A stretch of 54,650 nt of DNA, taken from positions 1 to 54,650 of the forward strand of contig JAUWQN010000002.1 of NCBI GenBank assembly GCA_030611045.1, read 5' to 3'. The notes beneath the pieces were generated by a model. That model saw only the letters and a program-made list of their open reading frames with translations, had not been told where the DNA came from and did no database searches. Position 1 is the first letter of the stretch. Each line of letters begins with the position of its first letter. This DNA comes from Methanosarcinales archaeon (GTDB taxonomy: Archaea; Halobacteriota; Syntropharchaeia; Alkanophagales; Methanospirareceae). Both the position numbers and the translations under genes were made by a program. Shown here one piece after another: positions 49,083 to 54,650 of this stretch.

Positions 49083-49631
49083 ATGACCTGGGCAGTATGG
49101 ATAACAGGCTTACCTGGAAGTGGTAAAACAGTAATAGCACAGAAGGTAAGTCGTATTCTGGAAGAACGAGGCATCGTCAGTGGTAGCGTGAAAGTGCTTG
49201 AACTGGACGAGATACGACGGTTTATTACGCCACGACCGACCTATTCAGACGAGGAACGAGAGATTGTGTATGCATCACTGGTGTATATAACAAAGCTTCT
49301 GGTGGAGAGCGGCACGCCCGTTATCGTAGATGCAACTGCAAATCGAAGGAAATACCGGGAACGAGCACGTGAGACCATACCAAATTTCGCTGAAGTGTAC
49401 GTGAACTGCTCTTTAGACACATGCAGGGGAAGAGAAGGACGGAGGAAAGCGAAATATGCGCCTTCCGGTATTTATAATAAGGCAATGGATAAAGGAGCGA
49501 CGGTGCCGGGTGTGAACGTGCCTTACGAGGAACCTACGAAGCCAGAGGTTGTGGTGAATAGCGAAACCATGAGTGTCAAAGCGTGTGCGGAGAGGGTAGT
49601 GGCGTTTATACAGAAGTGGTACGAAAGGTAA
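49083..49631 (+). CDS. P-loop kinase, adenylylsulfate (APS) kinase-like
   Basis: The Walker A ITGLPGSGKTVIAQ and overall spacing resemble the CysC/APS-kinase fold. Substrate is not inferable. Confidence 0.55.
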   Translation: MTWAVWITGLPGSGKTVIAQKVSRILEERGIVSGSVKVLELDEIRRFITPRPTYSDEEREIVYASLVYITKLLVESGTPVIVDATANRRKYRERARETIPNFAEVYVNCSLDTCRGREGRRKAKYAPSGIYNKAMDKGATVPGVNVPYEEPTKPEVVVNSETMSVKACAERVVAFIQKWYER

Positions 49632-49894
49632 AAGGGCTGCTATTTTATCATTTATGTTTCGGAACCATCGCAAAAACCCGAAAAGCTCAAATACTAACAA
49701 AACAAACAAATGATTGGAGGAGTGCATTGATACTAAAAATCGTTTCCTCATACAAAAGGCGAGCGATTGGTGAATGTCTCTCTAGCGTTGGCAGCAAGAT
49801 ATTCAGGCATCGCAGGTTTCGCTCCTCCTACGTGCAGATATTTACTGACAAATCTAAATCATCACTGAAATGAGTTCTAACTTTATTTATCTAT

Positions 49895-50353
49895 TTACTT
49901 ACTTATCGGGCGTTTCTCCTTCTTATCCACCTGTATCTCCTCTATCCTTGTATGCGGATAATTTCCGGTTTCGTCCTTCTCCTCCGCTTTCACCATGTCC
50001 CAAATCGTAAGCAACGCCACTGATAAACCATGGAGTGCATCCATCTCCACCCCGGTTTTTCCAACGGATTTCACAAATACTGACGCTTTTATAATCTCCT
50101 CTCCTAATACGAATTCAACCTTTACGCTTGCGATATTTATTTGATGGCAAAGCGGAATTATATCAGGCGTCTTCTTCACCGCTAATATCGCTGCCATTTC
50201 CGCGCACTCAAGCACATTCCCTTTCCTGGTAGTCCCGCTTGTTATCTTCTCTATCGTGCTACGTTTCAGTTTTATCCTACCAGAAGCTGTAGCTACGCGT
50301 TCGAGATCACCTTTTTCGCTTATATCTATCATGCCCGCACTATATCGCTGCAT
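49895..50353 (-). CDS. moaC: cyclic pyranopterin monophosphate synthase MoaC
   Basis: MIDISEKGDLERVATASG, KGNVLECAEMAAILAVKKTPDIIPLCH and GVEMDALHG. Confidence 0.9.
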   Translation of the reverse strand: MQRYSAGMIDISEKGDLERVATASGRIKLKRSTIEKITSGTTRKGNVLECAEMAAILAVKKTPDIIPLCHQINIASVKVEFVLGEEIIKASVFVKSVGKTGVEMDALHGLSVALLTIWDMVKAEEKDETGNYPHTRIEEIQVDKKEKRPISK

Positions 50354-50373
50354 TGTTCATTCACTCACCGCAC

Positions 50374-50604
50374 TCAAGGTGGTGGCCAGACACCGAAATA
50401 TATCTCCAGCCCGATGATCAAAACGCCAATAAACACGCCTACGAGCAATATCATCTTCGGCGACATCTTCACCGCGGATTCCTCAACATCGTAATACCGC
50501 ATCAATCCGGCAGAGGACATAAGCCCACGCTCTTCACCTCTACCGCCTCCACCGCTTTTCTTCTCCGCTTTCTTCACTTTCTTCGCAGGTCTTCCTTTTA
50601 CCAT
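50374..50604 (-). CDS. secG: preprotein translocase subunit Sec61-beta (archaeal SecG)
   Basis: SSAGLMRYYDVEE...SPKMILLVGVFIGVLIIGLEIY is a typical tail-anchored Sec61-beta. Confidence 0.8.
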   Translation of the reverse strand: MVKGRPAKKVKKAEKKSGGGGRGEERGLMSSAGLMRYYDVEESAVKMSPKMILLVGVFIGVLIIGLEIYFGVWPPP

Positions 50605-50644
50605 CTCCTCGCACCTCTAATTTATACTCTTACTTATCTATCGT

Positions 50645-53086
50645 TTACTCTTTAATTATCCTCACTTTCGTGCCACTAACGTTAAGAATTATCCCTTCAC
50701 CTTCAGGTTCACCTACATCTCCCCAGAGTTCCACCTTTGTTACCGTCGCATTCGCTATATCCTCGATATCTCGCTGATTTAAATCCTTCGCGTCCGTTCT
50801 CAATATACCTAGTGGTGCATTTAACGGAATACTCTGATTGGATTTATAGCTTCTAACGTCTCGGACAATATCAGCGATAAGGTTACCTTTCATACCCGCT
50901 TCTAAATCAATCATATCTTGCTTCACTTCTGGCCACTGTTCTCTATGCACACTCTCGTCCGGTTTGATATATGAATACATCTCCTCGGCAAAAAACGGAG
51001 CGAACGGCGCAAGCAGCTTAGAAAGCGTATCAAGCGTCACATACAACGCGTATTTGGCAGATTCCTTACCTTCTTCATCTCCTCCACGGCCATATAACCG
51101 CGACTTTGCCAGTTCAATGTAATCATCGGCAAGCACGTTCCACGCAAACGTTCGTATATCCTTCATTGCTTCATCGAACTTGTAGGTTTCCATCGCGTCT
51201 GTCACCGACAGGACGAGCTTGTTCAGTTTTGTGAGCAGCCATTTATCAACAACGCGTAGATTTAACGCTCTTTCTTCGTATTGGTAATCGGATAGGTGCA
51301 GCATAGAGAATCTGAGAATACTCCACAGTTTCTGCATAAATTTACTCGCGGCCACAATGTCCTTCCATCGGAATTGGACGTCTGAGCCTACTGCACCGCC
51401 AATTGCCGCCCACTGTCTGAATACGTCCGCACCATGCTCTTGAATCACCTCGTCTGGCGAAATGAAGTTATTGCGCGATTTGCTCATCTTATACCCATCC
51501 TCGCCCAGGACCATGCCGTTTATTAAGATCGTGTGCCATGGTATTGCGTTAGTAAGCGCGAGTGAACGAAGGATAGTGTAAAACGCCCAAGTTCTTATAA
51601 TGTCGTGCCCTTGCGGTCTGAGTGCTGTAGGGAATGCAATTCCTGACTGGCCTCCCGCATTGAGGTCCCAATCTGCAACCCAAAGAGCGCTTAGTGAGGA
51701 GTCCATCCATGTGTCCAACACATCGTCCTCTCCTTTAAATTCACTGCCGCCGCAGTTAGCACAAGGCTCCTTTGGACTGACCATTGCTGGATCCACCGGC
51801 AGATCATCTTCAGAAGCAACTTTTACGGTACCACAGCGCTTACAGTACCAAACCGGGATCGGCACGCTGAAAATCCGCTGGCGAGATATGCACCAGTCCC
51901 ACTCCATAGAGTCAACCCAATTTTTCAGTCTGATAGCGAAATGCTCAGGATACCAATTTATCTCATCCGACGCTTTTATTATCTCATCATGCATCACACG
52001 CACGAACCACTGCCGTGTAGAAATGATCTCAATAGGCGTTTTACATCGCCAGCAAACACCCACGTTTTGTTGCAGTGGTTCACGTTTCTTAAGCAGCTCT
52101 TGTGCATCCAAATCTTCAATTATCCGCGTTTTGCATTCTGTTACGCTTAATCCCTCATAGCCCCGTGCTGCCTCGGTCATCGTGCCTCGTTCGTCTATGG
52201 ACTCTATTAACGGGAGGTTATGCAACTTCCACCAGCGCACGTCCTGACGGTCACCAAACGTACAGATCATCACCACACCGGTTCCAAATGCGGGGTCAAC
52301 ACTCTCATCTTCATATACCTTCACGGGATGCTCAAAAATCGGGACTGCCAGCTCTTTTCCCGAGATATCCTTATAACGCTCGTCATCAGGATGCACAGCC
52401 ACAGCAACGCAACTCGCAAGCAGTTCCGGTCTCGTCGTTGCAATCTCGACATACGCTGCTTCTTGTTCTGTGCCTACATCTACCTTCTTAAAGAGTATAT
52501 AATTCAAGGAGGCGTTGCGATCTTCGTATTCTACCTCAGCAAATGCTATTGCTGTCTCACATCGGGGACACCAGTTCACCGGATGCTCCTCTTGATAAAT
52601 CATTCCGTCATGATACATCCTTAAGAATGAGAGTTGTGTATATCGTTTATAACGGTCGTCCATCGTGACAAACTCCTTGCTCCAGTCTATGGACATGCCA
52701 AGCTTCTGCATCATCCCCTTCATCTGCGTTATGTTCTCCAGCGTTAGTTGTTTGCAAAGCTCTCGGAACTCCTGCTTGTCGATCTGACGCTTGGAGATTC
52801 CATGCCGCTCCTCTACTTTTACCTCAGTCGGCAGTCCGTGGCAGTCCCAGCCCTGCGGAAACATCACATTATAACCACGCATTCGCTTGTAACGTGCGAG
52901 AAAATCAATGTAACACCAGTTCAAAGCGTTGCCAACGTGGAAATCGCCTGTGGGGTACGGAGGTGGTGTGTCAATAATATAAGACGGCTTATCCGATGAT
53001 CCATTAAAATAATAGAGTGATTCATCCCAGTTCTCCAGCCACTTCTTTTCGACGATCTCCGGTTTGTATTTCTTTTCCATTTTCAT
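50645..53086 (-). CDS. valS: valine--tRNA ligase
   Basis: The class Ia pattern is [17 protein letters not shown] (HIGH) and KMSKSRNN. The Zn-ribbon CPRC/CKRC pairs and the size fit archaeal ValRS. Confidence 0.9.
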   Translation of the reverse strand: MKMEKKYKPEIVEKKWLENWDESLYYFNGSSDKPSYIIDTPPPYPTGDFHVGNALNWCYIDFLARYKRMRGYNVMFPQGWDCHGLPTEVKVEERHGISKRQIDKQEFRELCKQLTLENITQMKGMMQKLGMSIDWSKEFVTMDDRYKRYTQLSFLRMYHDGMIYQEEHPVNWCPRCETAIAFAEVEYEDRNASLNYILFKKVDVGTEQEAAYVEIATTRPELLASCVAVAVHPDDERYKDISGKELAVPIFEHPVKVYEDESVDPAFGTGVVMICTFGDRQDVRWWKLHNLPLIESIDERGTMTEAARGYEGLSVTECKTRIIEDLDAQELLKKREPLQQNVGVCWRCKTPIEIISTRQWFVRVMHDEIIKASDEINWYPEHFAIRLKNWVDSMEWDWCISRQRIFSVPIPVWYCKRCGTVKVASEDDLPVDPAMVSPKEPCANCGGSEFKGEDDVLDTWMDSSLSALWVADWDLNAGGQSGIAFPTALRPQGHDIIRTWAFYTILRSLALTNAIPWHTILINGMVLGEDGYKMSKSRNNFISPDEVIQEHGADVFRQWAAIGGAVGSDVQFRWKDIVAASKFMQKLWSILRFSMLHLSDYQYEERALNLRVVDKWLLTKLNKLVLSVTDAMETYKFDEAMKDIRTFAWNVLADDYIELAKSRLYGRGGDEEGKESAKYALYVTLDTLSKLLAPFAPFFAEEMYSYIKPDESVHREQWPEVKQDMIDLEAGMKGNLIADIVRDVRSYKSNQSIPLNAPLGILRTDAKDLNQRDIEDIANATVTKVELWGDVGEPEGEGIILNVSGTKVRIIKE

Positions 53087-53219
53087 GCGCTCTTTGATTC
53101 CCCGCTATTAAGATAAGATTACTTTATGTGCTTTTATTTTTAGTTCTTTTAAATAATATCAAAGCTCAGGATTTTAGACCCGCAATTTGGGAACGACTTT
53201 GTAGGAAGAAAGACGAAAA

Positions 53220-53591
53220 ATGAGAAAGATACTCAGCGCAGCACAAAAGGAATATAAACAGTGTATAGTACTCAGAGAGGATTTGAAGCTTTCGAAGGGT
53301 AAAGCAGCAGTACAAGCCGCTCATGCTTCTATATTGGGCTACGAACGCTCTCCACTGCAAGATAGAAGAAAATGGAAAGAGCAAGGTCAGAAAAAGGTTG
53401 CACTGAAAGTACCGAGCCTTGAAGAGCTTTACAACGTACGAGACGATGCGGAAAAGCTTGGTCTGCCGTGTGCAATCGTAGAAGACGCAGGGCTGACCGA
53501 AATACCGCCGGGAACGGTGACCGCCTTAGGAATAGGGCCAGCACGTGCTGAAGAGATAGATAAAATCACAAAACAGCTTGAGTTATTGTAA
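53220..53591 (+). CDS. pth2: peptidyl-tRNA hydrolase, archaeal type (Pth2)
   Basis: KQCIVLREDLKLSKGKAAVQAAHAS and DAGLTEIPPGTVTALGIGP. Confidence 0.9.
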   Translation: MRKILSAAQKEYKQCIVLREDLKLSKGKAAVQAAHASILGYERSPLQDRRKWKEQGQKKVALKVPSLEELYNVRDDAEKLGLPCAIVEDAGLTEIPPGTVTALGIGPARAEEIDKITKQLELL

Positions 53592-53610
53592 CAAACCTTT
53601 CTTGAGAAAA

Positions 53611-54261
53611 ATGTCTTTTGAAGAATGGGAAGATTACGGCATGAAGTTATACCGACTCATTGCTCTTGAAAAGGGACCGACAAAACTGTTCGTCGGTGGT
53701 CTGCACGGAAACGAAGGCCTGTACACCGCACCGATTCTTGAACGGTTGGCACAGGAGGATATATTGGTTGGAGAAGCGATAATTGTACCCTGCCTGGTCA
53801 AAAACAGCAAATACATCGGTGTTTTATCCGAAGAATATTACCGGAGCGAAGCAGGCATGCGCTTGCTTCAACTCATCCGGGAATACAAACCGAGTTTTTA
53901 TTTCGAGCTGCACGCTTATGAAAAGCAGTCATATTCCCGATTAACTGATCCTGAGCGCGTGAATAAGATGGGAGTTCCTAATTTTGTTGATCTGGGAGAC
54001 GGGATTCTCATAGGGTCTATCGCGCCTATTCTGAGGCGTAAACTCACCGAGCACGATTTCTGCATGACCATCGAGGTTCCGAAATGGAAAAGCGAGAGCG
54101 AGGCGATTAAAGAAAAAGTACTGGAGTTTCTGAGGATCGGACTAATGGAATCACAGAGAGAGGAGATGATGCTTGAATTCAGAGTGGGGTATCCAGAGCA
54201 AGTAAAAAAGGCTGAGGCGTTGTTCCACCAATATTACCGTAAACGGCTAAAGCCATTTTAA
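53611..54261 (+). CDS. conserved archaeal protein, succinylglutamate-desuccinylase/aspartoacylase-like (possibly DUF2119)
   Basis: The FVGGLHGNEG motif and the downstream ELHAYE are reminiscent of the AstE/AspA Zn-hydrolase fold. The family assignment is from memory only. Confidence 0.4.
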   Translation: MSFEEWEDYGMKLYRLIALEKGPTKLFVGGLHGNEGLYTAPILERLAQEDILVGEAIIVPCLVKNSKYIGVLSEEYYRSEAGMRLLQLIREYKPSFYFELHAYEKQSYSRLTDPERVNKMGVPNFVDLGDGILIGSIAPILRRKLTEHDFCMTIEVPKWKSESEAIKEKVLEFLRIGLMESQREEMMLEFRVGYPEQVKKAEALFHQYYRKRLKPF

Positions 54262-54400
54262 GTCTTCAAAAACCATGCGGATAGTAATATAATAGACCTG
54301 CGTGCGGGAGAGGGGTAAAAGCAATAGAAGCGAGAGAGGTTGAAAACTTATTATCTCAGAATCTCTTTCATTTCATTGCCTTAAAGGATTGCTAATATTC

Positions 54401-54565
54401 ATGAGACGTGTAATTTGGTGGCTGCTTGTTGGCACTAAAGGAGGGCTGAATCGTGCTCGCATAATAAGGGCGTTAAAGGAAAGACCTTACAACGCCAATC
54501 AGTTGGAAGCTATAACAACCATAATAAGTTGGAATCCAAAACCTATCTCATTTAATTATCCCTGA
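54401..54565 (+). pseudogene. winged-helix (ArsR-like) regulator, apparently truncated or frameshifted after about 35 codons
   Basis: [35 protein letters not shown] is the usual N-terminus of a small archaeal wHTH family. The frame then diverges and stops at codon 55. A shifted frame reads ...[15 protein letters not shown]. Confidence 0.35.
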
Positions 54566-54650
54566 ATCGATTTTACACCCCTATCGAAAGCTTTAAATAT
54601 AGTGTGCAATTTGAACACTGTATGGCATTTATTCACGCTAAGAAGCGCAA

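Overview
The gene content marks this as an archaeal chromosome: RNase P protein subunits Rpp30 and Pop5, Sec61-beta, Pth2, class I LysRS, uS2, ACDS subunits CdhC/D/E and archaeal mevalonate-pathway genes. The combination looks like a methanogen-, ANME- or alkane-oxidiser-related euryarchaeon, but that placement is inference only. About 60 genes are densely packed and mostly housekeeping. They cover translation (rps2, lysK, valS, pth2, trm5, thg1, rnp2/rnp3, one tRNA-CAU), DNA metabolism (ligA, polX, recQ, two OB-fold RPA-like genes), purL, hemC, argF, moaC, and mevalonate/isoprenoid genes (mvk, ipk, ubiX, idsA, two thiolases). There is also a thiolase-DUF35-hbd-crotonase block and cdhC plus cdhDE. 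The accessory or decaying patches are: (i) a low-GC patch at about 24.4-27.9 kb holding an IS5-like remnant, a recQ whose HRDC domain is out of frame, and a TPR/Swt1-like HEPN gene carrying two frameshifts and a 6-nt duplication inside its Rx4H motif. (ii) An IS1634-like remnant at 21.4-21.7 kb. (iii) hicBA plus an orphan MNT at 38.1-38.9 kb, next to a markedly GC-rich nitroreductase. I found no rRNA, no CRISPR array and no complete recognisable defence system. The most unusual points are: an idsA-ubiX-ipk cassette sitting between cdhC and cdhDE, and a translationally coupled bacterial-type ligA-polX pair. There is also a nikR locus with a divergent His/Cys-rich membrane protein of unrecognised family, and a family of conserved about 40-65 nt intergenic elements with palindromic cores, shared by the nikR 3' flank, the cdhC 5' region and other gene ends. 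All calls rest on reading the supplied translations and sequence by eye. No searches were run, and GC statements come from hand counts of a few 60-nt lines.
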